DNA from: Mycoplasmatales bacterium
Lineage (GTDB): Bacteria > Bacillota_I > Bacilli_A > Mycoplasmatales > JABABV01
Assembly (NCBI GenBank): GCA_014238055.1
Contig: JABABV010000001.1
Coordinates: 184,938 to 248,937, forward strand
Direction: 5' to 3'
Length of the DNA: 64,000 nucleotides
Below are positions 19,074 through 31,211 of this stretch, in pieces. The translations under genes and the position numbers were made by a program. Position 1 is the stretch's first letter. Each line of letters opens with the position of its first letter. The notes under the pieces were generated by a model. It had not been told where the DNA came from. It did no database searches and saw only the letters and a program-made list of their open reading frames with translations.

Positions 19074-21974
19074 TTATCCATATATCTTAAACATAAAGAA
19101 TACGAATATTATAAATAGAATTATACAAGCTGTTAAAGCATAAAATTTAAAATAATTAACTCGTTTAATAATTTTTTTATTATAAATACGATCTTTAATA
19201 TTTGCATAATTTAATTTATCATAGATTTTTTCATTGATAGAGATCAATATCAGAGTAGACATAGATACCACTAGCGGAACAATGTATGTTCAGAAGCGAT
19301 AGAACCCTGTAAACGTTTTGATATTGTCTTCAGTGGCATTCTTAAACGAACTGAAGTTAATTGCGTAAAATAGAGCATCTATTGTACCTGCTCCACCTGG
19401 AGTAGGCATAAATGTATTAGCTACGTTAACTACTTTTTGAGATGATAAGAAAGCAAAGTAACTAATATCACTATCTAAAGTACCCATTGATTTTTGAGCG
19501 AAGTAATAAACTGCTAAAAAAGATGGGGCCGCATTAACTATACATAAAAGAATCATCGTTTTTTTATCTGTTCAGATTATTTTAATACTTCTTCGAAGTT
19601 CGCTAGCCTCGTGTTCTAAACGAGCATATTCACGATCATAATCTTTAATATATCTAACTTTAACTCCTAGTTTTAAGAAGAAGCTAATTAAAAGTCGATG
19701 AATTTTTGTTGATAATCCAGCAATAAAAAATACTGCTGAAACTAAAATATCCATAAAAAATCCAATAATAACACAAGATAAAGCTCAATATCCTGCCGCT
19801 CCATTATGGAAAAAAGTTTGTTTTAAAATAACTAACCCAGCAGGTATTAAAATAATGGCAATAATAATTTTAACTACTTGATTTACGATCGTTTCAACTA
19901 ATAGAGCTGATATTAATTTATTAGTTTGAACTTTTTTTCTTCGTAAATATCAAATTTGTAAAATTTGTCCTCCTGTTGAAAAAGGAGTTATTCCAGAAAC
20001 TATTTTATCTAAAATTTGAGCAATAAAGGCATGACGGTATTTCAAACCAGTCTTAAATTTCTTTCCAACAATCCAGACCCCTAAAGCACTAAAAGGTGCT
20101 CAAGTTAAAAAGATAGTGAATAGAAATACCACAAAATAAACAGCATTTTGACTACTTAAATCTCTCGAACTATGATGTCAAATAGCGGTAAAAATATCTC
20201 ATGATTTACGACTGTCATTACTATAAAATCTATAAACTAATATTAATAAAACAGCCATTAACATAACGCTTCAGAAAAGTCATATCCCAATTTCTTTTTT
20301 AGAAATTTGGGTTTTTTTAGAAACGTTTGTTAATATTTTAATTTCTTTTTCAAATTTCCTAAATTTAATTATTGCATTAATTTTATTGTTAGCAATTGTA
20401 CAATAATAAATTTTTAATTTAGGTTCTGTACCTGAAGGTCTAACAGCGATTCAAGAACCATCTTCTAAATGGAATTTAATCATGTTAGTTTTTGGAAATC
20501 CAGAAACACCTTTTCTAAAATCTTCTGTTTTAAGAACTTTAATTCCTCCAATAGAAGAAATATCTTGTCTTAAAGTATGCATGAAGTCTTCAACTTCAGC
20601 TTTATTATTAATCATTATAGATGTAGTTTGTTCATAATAATAACCATACTTATTATAAATTTCTAACAAAACATCGTTTAACGTTTTGTTTTGTGATTTA
20701 TAATAACTAGCAGCATCAGCAATTAATAGAGCTGTTTGAAAACCATCTTTATCACGACATAAATCGGAATTTATTAACGAACCATAAGATTCTTCAAAAC
20801 CATAAAGAAAGTCTTCGTTTTTAGTATTTTCAATTAGATGACCGATTCATTTAAATCCTGTTAAAGTATCTTTTACTTTAACATTATATTCTTTAGCAAT
20901 AGCATCAACTAAAGTTGTTGAGACGATTGATTTAGCAATATATTTATTTTTTAAATCAGCTTTAGCTGTATTAGATAAAATATATTCTAATAAAATAGCA
21001 GCTGTTTGATTACCATTTAAAATTTTATATTGTTTATCAACTTTTAAAACAACACCGACACGATCAGCGTCAGGGTCAGTTGTAATTCCAATATCAAAGT
21101 TTTTTTTCTTTAAAAATTTTATAATTTTATCATAAGCAGTATTGTTTTCCGGATTAGGAGATTTAGTTCCGTTAAAATCAGGGTTTGGATCTCTTTGCTC
21201 GGGAACAGTAAAATATTGATAATTATTCTCTTCGAATAAACGTTCCATTATTTTTAAAGATGTTCCTTGTTGCGGGGAAAATACGATCGATGCTTTTTGA
21301 CTAAGTTGATTGTTAAATTGAATTTTATTAAGATCGGTAATATAATTATCGATTATTTTTTGCGGTATTGTTGATCATTTTTCTTGATCACTTAAAGCAA
21401 TATCAAAAAAATCAATTTTTTTAGAAATTAAACTTATTTCGTCAGTATCTTTTGGCAATAATTGACAACCATTATGATCGTAGACTTTAAAACCATTATA
21501 CTCTTTTGGATTATGTGATGCAGTGATCACAATTCCCGACGCTAAATTCATTTTTCTAATTACATAAGATAAAAGCGGTGTTGGTTGTAATTCGTTGTTT
21601 TCAAAAAGAAAAACTTTAAAACCGAGATCAATTAAAACTTTGGCACTAATCTCACTAAATTCATTCGACATATGACGATTGTCATGAGCGATAACGATTC
21701 CTTTAGTTAAGTTATTGGCATTTTGTTTTTTTAAAAATTGACCTAAACTTCATGCTGCTTTTCTAATAGTATAACTATTAAGACGTTTGTTACCAGGACC
21801 CATTAGTCCACGTATACCTGCTGTTCCAAACATTAATTCTTCACCAAAATAAGCATTAATTTTATTGTGCTTAATTTTAGTTAGTGCATTATGATTTTTA
21901 GCATCTAAAGATTTATTATTTAATCATCGTTTGTATTCTATTTCGTTTATAGTTAGTTCTTTATTTTTTTTCAT
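19074..21974 (-). CDS. In-frame fusion: phosphoglucomutase/phosphomannomutase (N, about 555 aa) + LPG_synthase_TM / UPF0104 flippase-like membrane domain (C, about 410 aa)
   Basis: N-terminal part: FGTAGIRG, TASHNP (catalytic Ser), DPDADR, RPSGTEPKLKIYY. C-terminal part: multiple TM helices and a PTPGGAG motif. All fragments lie in one frame. I translated 20453 down to 19752 codon by codon and found no TAA or TAG, only TGA. Confidence 0.7.
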
Positions 21975-21982
21975 ATAAAAAA

Positions 21983-23125
21983 CTATTTATAGCGTTTACG
22001 CGCCTCTTTACGCGCTTCTTTATTGTGACGATTATTAATTCGATCTTTATATTTAGTTGATAAACGATTGTAGTAACTATCTCATTCTTGACAAATAATG
22101 TCATGATCATATTTTTTAGCTATCGCTTGGCTATATCCTTTAGCAGCAGCATAGCTTTCTTTATTAGTCGCTAATTTATCGATTATTTTAGCAAAATCAG
22201 CATTGTTATTAGCTTTTAAATATTTTGTAAAATTAAATATTTCAGCATATTCAGGTAAATCTCTTAATAACATTGGCACATTTACATTAGCTGCTTCTAA
22301 AATTGACATTGGAAACAACTCGTTTAAAGCCGGCATAAAGAAAAGGTCAGAAACGTTTAAATAATCATTAACTTCTTCTGGACTTACGCGCCCTTTAAAA
22401 AAGACATTGTCAGGAGGATTAGAAACAAATTGTTCGATTTCTTTATGTCCATGACTCATTTTTTTAAAGGCGAACGAACCAAGTCAAATAAATTTATATT
22501 TTGGTAACTTTTTAGCTACTTCAATAAAATCTTTAACACCTTTTCTAGTTTGTAATTGACCCACAGAAACTACAATAAATTCATCTTTAAATAAATTATA
22601 TTTTTTACGTAGCTCTAATCTTTCTACATTAGAAACAGGTGAGAATCCGCTGCTATCTACTACATTAGGAATATAAGTTATTTTTGAACGATCAACACCG
22701 ATATCAACTAAATCATTAATGAACATAGGATTAACTACAACTAGTTCATCTACGTGAGTTAAAAAATAATTAGATCAACTAATAATTTTTTTTAAAAATA
22801 AACGATGGATTCAATTTTGAGGATCGTATGAATTATCTGTATGTGTGTGCGGAATAAAATGTACGTTAAAAATTGTTACTCCATGATATTTACCGCGACG
22901 CATATGTCATTTGTAACGTGGATCTGGTGTGTTCATATGAATAAAATCAGCATCAGATTTACGATGATTTGTAGTTTGATATTCACTAGCAAAAGGTTCT
23001 TTTTCAAAATGTTTTAAGAACTCTCTTCAAGCAGAACCTGGACCAGTAGCTTTAACTCTATGAGCACTTGACAATAAATTTATTGATAGATTTTTTTTAC
23101 CTATTAAAGATTTTTTAATCGACAT
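21983..23125 (-). CDS. GT4-family glycosyltransferase (380 aa)
   Basis: AAGGAG before ATG 23125. GT-B C-terminal domain with EX7E (ELFPMSILEAANVNVPML). The ORF track stop at 22082 is a TGA; the true TAG is at 21985-21983. Confidence 0.8.
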
Positions 23126-23155
23126 CTTTTAACTCCTTATTTATAATGAATGAAA

Positions 23156-23881
23156 TTATTTATTTAGTAAACTAGCTGCTTCTTGATCAACTATAACAGT
23201 TACATTTGGATGGTCTTGTAAAATTGTACAAGGTCATTTAGTATCAATTTTACCTTCCACTAATTCTTTAACTGCTTCTGCTTTATGAGCTCCGTCAGTT
23301 AATAATAAAATTGTTTTTGCTTGCATAATTGATTTTATTCCCATAGTAATTGCTTCTTTAGGAACTTCATTTGCTGAATCGAAAAATCTAGCATTAGAAT
23401 CAATCGTATTTTGAGTTAATTTAACTACATGAACTTCACTATCAAAACTAGATCCTGGTTCATTAAAAGCGATATGGCCATTTTGACCTAAACCTAATAA
23501 TTGAACATCAATTTTATAATCGTTTAATTTATTTTGAAAATCACTAATATTGTTTTTTAAATTCCCGATTCCAGATACGATATTAATGTTTTCATCTTTG
23601 ATATTTAATTTTTCAAATAAAAGATTATGCATAAAATAATCATATGACTGAGGATGAGACTTTTCTAAACCAACATATTCATCTAAATTAAAAGTAGTAA
23701 TTTGGCTTCAATCAGTTAATTTATTTTTATAAGCTTCAATCAGTAATTCATAAGTTCTAATTGGACTTGAACCTGTAGCTAACCCTAAAATTGAATTTGG
23801 TTTTTTGATAATTTGTTTATTTAAAAAACTACTAGCTTTTAAAGCAATTTCTTCTTTATTTTTACAAATAATTAGTTTCAT
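23156..23881 (-). CDS. nagB: Glucosamine-6-phosphate deaminase
   Basis: LGLATGSSP..., LLGLGQNGHIAFNEPGS. The start ATG overlaps the nagA TAA (TAATG). Confidence 0.9.
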
Positions 23882-25092
23882 TAAAATTCCTCTTCCAATA
23901 TTATATTTTCTGTTAATTTTCCAAAAAGTGGTTTTCCTTTAATGAATACTTCAACTATTTCATAATATTTATCAACAATAATTATATCAGCTATTAAACC
24001 TGACTTTATCGTTCCAACTTTATTATCGATTTTTAATTGTACGGCTGCATTATAAGAACTCATGCGAACAGCATCATTAATTGAAGCATCGCTAAATTTC
24101 ATAATGTTTCTAAAACATTCAATCATTGTAGCGCCACTTCCAGCAATCGTATCAGTTCCAGTCAATGTTAATAGTCCGCCTTTTTTAGTAATGTCGAATC
24201 CGCCTGATTTATAACCAGAACCGTCTTGACATCCAGCAGGACTAATAGAATCAGTTACTAAAGTAATTTGTTCAGGTCCTAAAATACTATAAGTTATTTT
24301 AATGATTTCTTTTCTCAAATGAATCCCATCACAAATAATCTCGTGTAACATATTAGTATTTTTTGTAGCGTAGTTTAAACTAGCAGCTACTATCCCAGGC
24401 TTACGATGGTGAAACCCACTCATTGCATTATATAAATGAGTTGTGTGATTAGCACCTAATTCAAAAGCATCAGTCGCTTCTAAGAAAGTTGCTCCTGAAT
24501 GACCTACCGAAGGAATTATATTTAAATCTATTAAACCAGTAGTGAAGTTTTCATCTGCTAATTCTGGCGCGTAAGTAATAATTTTAATATTACCTTTAGC
24601 GATTTCTTGCATTTTTTTAACTTCTTCTAAATTTGGTTTTCTTAATAAATTAAGTTTATGAGCACCTTTAAATTTAGGTGATATATATGGACCTTCCATA
24701 TGACAACCTATTAAAGTAGCGGCATCATTTATTTCATCTTTTGATTGTAAATCAATGACTTTAGTCATGACTTTTAAAGCTTTATTTATATTAGGTATCG
24801 ATGCAGTTATTGAGGCTCCTACTACTGAAGTAGTTCCTCCTTTTGGTAAGTTTTGCAAAAATACTTTTCAACTTTCGATAGTACTGTCCATAAAATCTTT
24901 TTCAAAAGATCCATGAATATGCATATCTATAAAACCAGGAATAGCGATTAATTCACGACAATCAATACTATCGACTGGCGCTTTATCATCGCTAATAATA
25001 TCTGATATTTTATTCTTTTTAATGATAATTGCAGCATTTTCAATTGTCATATCATGATTTACAATTTTTAAATTTTTTAAAGATATTGACAT
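23881..25092 (-). CDS. nagA: N-acetylglucosamine-6-phosphate deacetylase
   Basis: PGFIDMHIHG metal site, HMEGPYIS and THLYNAM motifs. Two fragments are joined by one TGA at 24868-24870. Confidence 0.9.
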
Positions 25093-25124
25093 TTGTAATA
25101 CCTTGCTTTCTTATTAATGTTTAA

Positions 25125-25910
25125 TTATTTTTTATTTTCTTGATATTTTTGCATAATACGGATCGCTAATTGGATCGCATTGTAAATAGCTACTACGATA
25201 GCATAGAATAAACGAATTTTTTGAATTCTACGAATGATTGTTGCTTCTTGTTCAGTTAATTCACCATTTTTAACACATTTCTTTAAGAATGGTTTCATAA
25301 CTTTAACAATTTCAATATATCATAATACTGATATTCAAATAGCAATTAATATAACTGCTGTATAAATTATATTCAATACTCAAATTACACCATTAACTTG
25401 AAAAGTACTAGCATTTGTATTTTGAAATATCGGTATCATTATCATAATCCCTAAAATAAATACTAAACAAATTAAAAGTCCTGATAAAGAAGCAGAAAAT
25501 TTATATAGAAGTCGGCGTTTTGCGCTTTTTTCTACTAAAGTTGCATAGTAAGCATTTTCAGAAGCTTCATTTAATGTTCATAAAGATCTACGTCTGGCAG
25601 TTCACGGTTTTAAAGTTAAAGCTTTTCTCGCTTTAGAATAGTTTCAAAATTTATATCCACCAAAAAAATATCTTGATCTTACTTCAATATTTTTTTTAAC
25701 TCCAAAAGCTCTCATAGTTTTAACAGAAAAATCTGATCCTGTATAATTATGACTATTACCTCTATGAATTCATGAATGTTTTATTCAATATATAAAATAT
25801 ACTATTGCCGTTACCATCATCACTAAACCAACGATAGCTAACAAAGTAGCCATCACAATTAATCCAGGAGTCATCTTAACGTTCATATCTGTTGTTAATA
25901 AAGAAATCAT
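25125..25910 (-). CDS. Hypothetical membrane protein (261 aa)
   Basis: Open in code 4. At least three hydrophobic helices (LIVMATLLAIVGLVMMVTAIVYF, LLICLVFILGIMIMIPIF, VIWVLNIIYTAVILIAIWISVLW). No family recognised. Confidence 0.5.
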
Positions 25911-25996
25911 ATAAATACACCTCTTTAAAATTATACTATCTTTAGCAAAAAAGTCCTAATCTTTTTAACTAAAAATTAGGACTTTTTTTCATAATA

Positions 25997-27187
25997 TTAT
26001 TTTTGTAAAATAATTTGTAAATGTTTTTTTATTTCCGATACTTTATCTAGTTTTTCTCAAGGTAAATTAGGAATGTCATCTCTACCAAAATGACCATAAG
26101 CACTAACTTTAAAATATCAAGGTTTTTGTAACTCTAAATCAGCAATAATTCCTGAAGGAGTTAAATTAAAAGTATTTTTAATAACTTTAATTATTACGTT
26201 ATCGTCATATTGACTAGTTCCTTGAGTATTTACTCATATTGAAATTGGTTCCGAAACACCAATTGCATAAGACAATTGAATTTCAATTTGTTTAGCTAAT
26301 TTTGCAGCAACAATATTCTTAGCGATATATCTAGTAATATATGCTCCACTACGATCTACTTTAGTAGCATCTTTACCTGAAAACGCTCCGCCACCGTGAC
26401 GGGCTGAACCACCATAAGTATCGACAATAATTTTACGACCAGTTAAACCAGTGTCGCCAACAGGTCCCCCAATAACAAAACGACCAGTTGGATTTATTAA
26501 TATTTTAAATTCTTTTTGATTCTTTAAGTGTTTTTCTACTACTGGTTTAATTATTGATTCTTTAATATAATTATAAAATACTTCTAAATCAATTTTATCT
26601 TCATGTTGAATTGACATTAAAACACTATAAATTTTAACTTCTTGGGGATCACTATAATTTAAAGTTACTTCTGATTTCATATCTGGACCAGCATATTTAA
26701 AATCATTACTTTTACGAAGTTTAGATGCTGTTTTAACTAAATCATGTGCGATCGTTAAAGCTAAAGGCATATAAGAATCTGTTTCATCAGTTGCATAACC
26801 AAACATAATTCCTTGATCTCCAGCACCAATTAATTTTTGATGATCAGATGAATGATCTACTCCTTGGGCGATATCTTGCGATTGATTATTGATTAAAATT
26901 TCAATCGGATAAGTTTCTGGATCTAAACCATTTTTAGAACTATAACCAATATGAGTTAAAACTTGACGTGCTACTTTAGCATAATCTACAACAGCATTAG
27001 TTCTAATTTCTCCCGAAATTATCATCTTGTAAGCAGTTGCAAAAGTTTCACAAGCTACTCGTGAATTAGGATCTTGTTTTAAACACGCATCTAAAATAGC
27101 ATCTGATACTTGATCACATATTTTATCAGGGTGACCTTCCGATACCGATTCGCTCGAAAATAAAATTAATTCTTTTAAATTTGACAT
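25997..27187 (-). CDS. metK: S-adenosylmethionine synthetase
   Basis: SSESVSEGHPDKICDQVSDAILD, GAGDQGIMFGYA, GGGAFSGKD. Confidence 0.95.
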
Positions 27188-27192
27188 AATAA

Positions 27193-27391
27193 AAACCTCT
27201 TTCTCAATTATTAAATTAAGAAGAGGTTTATAAATAAATCTTATTTTTGTTCTTTATAACAAATAGATAAATTTAAAATTATTGATAACGCAAATAAGCG
27301 TCCTGGAACTGACCACCTTAATTATTGAAAACAATAATTGGTTGGTTGCAAATCATAGGAGTTCTCTATCCGATTTGCCTCTTAATAATTT
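27193..27391 (-). promoter_or_regulatory. S-box (SAM-I)-like riboswitch leader of metK with SD-sequestering hairpin
   Basis: On the minus strand: P1 AAAUUAUU/AAUAAUUU, then AAGAG. P2 is GCAAAUC...GAUUUGC with an inner hairpin whose loop GAAC can pair with GUUC of J3/4. Next come GCAACC, a long P3, then GGUGGUCAGUUCC (compare consensus GGUGC.AAUUCC) and P4 ACGC-UUAUUU-GCGU. Downstream, the hairpin AAACCUCUU/AAGAGGUUU buries the SD. Confidence 0.6.
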
Positions 27392-27405
27392 TTTTAATTA
27401 TCAAC

Positions 27406-27413
27406 ATTATACA
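27406..27413 (-). promoter_or_regulatory. Extended -10 promoter (TGTATAAT) for the metK leader
   Basis: The reverse complement of 27406-27413 reads TGTATAAT. It lies about 210 nt upstream of the metK ATG, directly after the PTS gene stop. Confidence 0.5.
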
Positions 27414-27438
27414 TTTTTTTTACAAAAATGTAAATTGA

Positions 27439-29193
27439 TTATTTACCTGTAATATCTTTTAAAGCATTTGCTACAAATTCTACTTTAGGTCCAATAATTA
27501 CTTGAACTGATTTTTTAGAAGGTGTAATAACACCAAATACTTGTAATTTTTTAATAGCATCTTTTTTAATTATAGAACTATCTAAAACATTAAGTCTTAA
27601 TCTAGTCGCACAATTTCCAACTGATACTATATTTTTATTTCCTCCTAAAAGAGGAAGTAATTTAGTAGCCAACAGTTTATATTTAGCTTTTTTATCTACA
27701 ACTGCTGGTTTTTCTGGTTTTTCATTAATTGTATCTTCATTATAACCTAAGTGATCTTCTGGTTTTTCAGTTGGATCACTAATAATGTTTGAATTTCTAC
27801 CTGGTGTAGATAGGTTGAATTTCAAGATAAATGTTCTAAATGTGAAGTAGTACAGCGCTGCTGTTGCCGCTCCGATTGGTCATAATCATAATGGATTTGC
27901 TCAAATTGAGTGAGCATCTTTGAAGTAATCTCATGAAGTAGGTAATGAAATTAAGTAATCAAATAATCCTGCTGAGAATCCGAATCCAATTCTAACTCCC
28001 ATAGCAACAAATAACATACTTATGATTCCAGTAAAGATTACATGGATACCATATAATACTGGTGCTAAGAATACGAATGAGAATTCAATTGGTTCAGTAA
28101 TACCAGTAAAGAATGATACTAGTGCTGCTGATCCTAAAATACCCATAGTTGCTTGACGATTTTCTATATCTGAACAATAGACCATCGCTATCGCTGCTGC
28201 TGGTAATCCAAACATCATGATTGGGAAGTAACCAGTTTGAAATACCCCGGCTCCTCTAATACCATTAGCAAAAGCTGAGATATCTCCAAAAGCATTAACT
28301 TCACCTTTACCTGGAATAACACTCATTCCATCTAACGGAATTTGGAATCAAAATATTGTATTAACAATATGATGTAATCCGAATGGTAATAATAAACGAT
28401 TTAGAACTCCATAAATTCCGGCAAGAGCTCCAACTGTCATAGAATTAACAAATCCTGATTTTCCTTTGGCTGCTGCTGATTGATGAACAACTCATCCACC
28501 AAATTCATCAAAAACATATGATATTCATGGCAGAATTAATGCTGCTAGAATACCAAACACCATAGTTGCTCCAGTAACGATCATCGGAATGAAACGTCTT
28601 CCTGAAAAGAAACCTAAAGCTGTTGGTAATTCAATTTCTTTATAACGATTGTATAAGGCAGCTGTAATAAATCCACAACCAATTCCACCTAATACGCCCG
28701 GTATTATATTTCAAGATGCAACTAAAGCATCTTTACCATCAACAATACCACCTGTCGTTGTATATAATAATTTAGATAAGAATAAATGGCGTATGTGATT
28801 CGTATCGCTTGGGTCGATAACATAGTGACCATTTGATTCTAAAGCTCCTACCATTACGTGTGAATAAAATAAACTAGGTAATGCATGTTCTGCTAATAGG
28901 CCTTGTAGTCCTAATAAACTTAACGCACCTACTAGAGCTGCTTCTCCTCGAGAATCTTTAGTTAATCCAAATGCAATTCCGATTGCAAAGAATAATCCAA
29001 GATTGTTGAAGAACGCTCCTCCGGGGGCACTTATAATATTTCCAAATATAGCTTGTAAATTTGTAGCATGATCTGCTCCTGTGTTATGGAATGATCCTGC
29101 GAACACTCCAACACGTAGTAATAAAGCTGCTACGGGCATACAAGCAATAGGATATAGAAGTGCTTTACCTAAATTTTGCAATTTAGCTAACAT
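27439..29193 (-). CDS. PTS EIICB, glucose/N-acetylglucosamine family (584 aa, no EIIA)
   Basis: Polytopic EIIC (three fragments in one frame) and a C-terminal EIIB with VGNCATRLRLNV. Confidence 0.85.
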
Positions 29194-29433
29194 CTTAATT
29201 TTCCTCCAAAAAAACTATTTATTATATTGATAATAGTTTTTTAATTCTTGTTTTTCATTTTTTAATTTACATTATAAATATATAGAGGTTTTAAATAACT
29301 AATTAAGTTTTAAAAAGTTATTTAAAACTTGTAGTTTTTTATTAAAGTTATGGGACGAATTTATTAAACATAAAAACTCATTCCAAAATCTATTATACAT
29401 TAAAAAACAAGATTTTTTGAGAAAAAATTAAAA

Positions 29434-30534
29434 TTATTCTCAAACTATATTTTTCTCGTCGTTTTCGTTTCTTTTCGTGAATTTTGTAACCATAATAATT
29501 CCGATAACCATAACTGTAATTAGTAGTCAAAATCATCAATGTAAATTATAATCTGAATCGCCACCAAGACTTTTTAACAATCCTAATTTAGCAAATATAT
29601 ATTGTAATAAAGCTGTTGATATAATTAAACTATTATAAAATGCTGAGGCAATTCCAGAACCGACTACTCGCACTGAATTATAGAAAAATATTCTACCAAT
29701 AAACATTATTGCTCCAACGAAAAATATAGAGATTAAAAATTTTCAATTAGAAAAGAACTCGCCATATCAATTGAAAGCTTGTGAAATCGATACTGGTGTA
29801 AATAACGTTGCAATAACAATAACTATTGGAGCAGCGATTGCTCCTGATAAAACTTTTAAATTAACAATTGCACTAGTGTTTAATTTCGTAGTAGAATTAC
29901 GCACTGCAATATCGATCAAGATATTTTCTATACTTCAACATAAAGGCGCAATTGAAGCTAAGACAATACCAATAATTAACATATTCCTGTTTGTACTTGT
30001 AGCATCGCTATTAATAATAGCAACAGTCCCAATCGTTGCGGCTGAAGCAATTGTTAGTAAAACACCAATTCATCCTTTTCAATTAATATGGTCTTTAAAA
30101 ACAAGGACCGCCCCAATCATCGTAAAGATTGGCATTCAAGAACTAAAAGTTGAACCGTATGCTGGTGTCGTAAATAAAATTCCTAGCGTTAGAAACGTAT
30201 AGCCAAATGGCCCAGAAATAATTCCACCAATTATAATTAATAATCCTCAACGATTTTTTAATAAACTTGATATTTCAGAAAAATAAGTTTTTATTTTACC
30301 TCTAACCAAGGCAATTAAAATTGAAGTTATCGTATTGAAGAATTCTTTTAAAGCAACTAGAACGAATCCTCAAATAACAATATTATAATTATTATTATTT
30401 AAAGGTCATTTAATAGATCCTTTATTAAATGCTAAAACTGCAATCAATATTGGAAATAAACCATAAAATAAAGAACAACTCATCCCCGATATAATTCCTT
30501 CAGTTTTTTTATTAACTTTTAAATTTAAATTCAT
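29434..30534 (-). CDS. DMT-superfamily (EamA-like) transporter (366 aa)
   Basis: GGAG before ATG 30534. About ten hydrophobic segments in two halves. Open only in code 4. Family call by architecture only. Confidence 0.5.
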
Positions 30535-30620
30535 AACTGTCTCCTCAATTTATAAATGTGCTTAAATTTCTCTATATCTATGTAATTAATAGTACCAAAA
30601 ATATAAAATAATACAAGTAA

Positions 30621-30659
30621 AAGTTAGTTTTCTTTAATATTTTAAAAGAAAACTAACTT
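30621..30659 (-). terminator. Intrinsic terminator after tpx
   Basis: AAGTTAGTTTTCTTT / AAAGAAAACTAACTT 15-bp arms. Confidence 0.6.
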
Positions 30660-30699
30660 TTTATCATTTATTTTTATTAAAAAAGTATAAAAATTAAGT

Positions 30700-31182
30700 T
30701 TATATCGTGCAAACTTCTTTTTCTCCTGAACTAATAGCTTTAACAGAATTACATAAACGAACAACTTCTTTAATAGATCTTGGCAGCAATACTGCATTCT
30801 TACCAAAATGTCATAAAATATTTTTCGGATCAGTAATTAAAGTCGCTCTAATTGATAATTTAAATTCTGGATCAAAAATATTATTTTCAACTAATCATTC
30901 TTCAGATAAAGAAATCATGCTAAAAGGTAATTTGTGTTCATCTTTTCATTTTTTTAATTCAGCTGCTGAACTTAAAGAACCTACAATAATATTTACTGAA
31001 TCAAAAGAATTACTTAAAGTCGCCAATCTATGAACTTCACTATCACAAATTGAAGTACCTAATTTTGGCACTATGAACAACAGATTATAATTATCTTTTT
31101 TTCAATTAATTTTTTCTAATTTACCTTCTAAATTTACACCATCAAAATTCAAATTTTCAACTTTTGTATTAACTTTAAACAT
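30700..31182 (-). CDS. tpx: Thiol peroxidase (atypical 2-Cys peroxiredoxin, Tpx)
   Basis: GGAG before ATG 31182. VPKLGTSICDSEVHRL peroxidatic-Cys context typical of Tpx. The plus-strand ORF 30707-31033 is its antisense shadow. Confidence 0.75.
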
Positions 31183-31211
31183 ATAATCAACTCCTAATTA
31201 TTTTATATTTT

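Noticed and set aside
29771-31033. Plus-strand ORFs 29771-30202 and 30707-31033
   Set aside because: Antisense shadows of the DMT transporter and tpx genes. Those genes have SD sequences and recognisable motifs on the minus strand.
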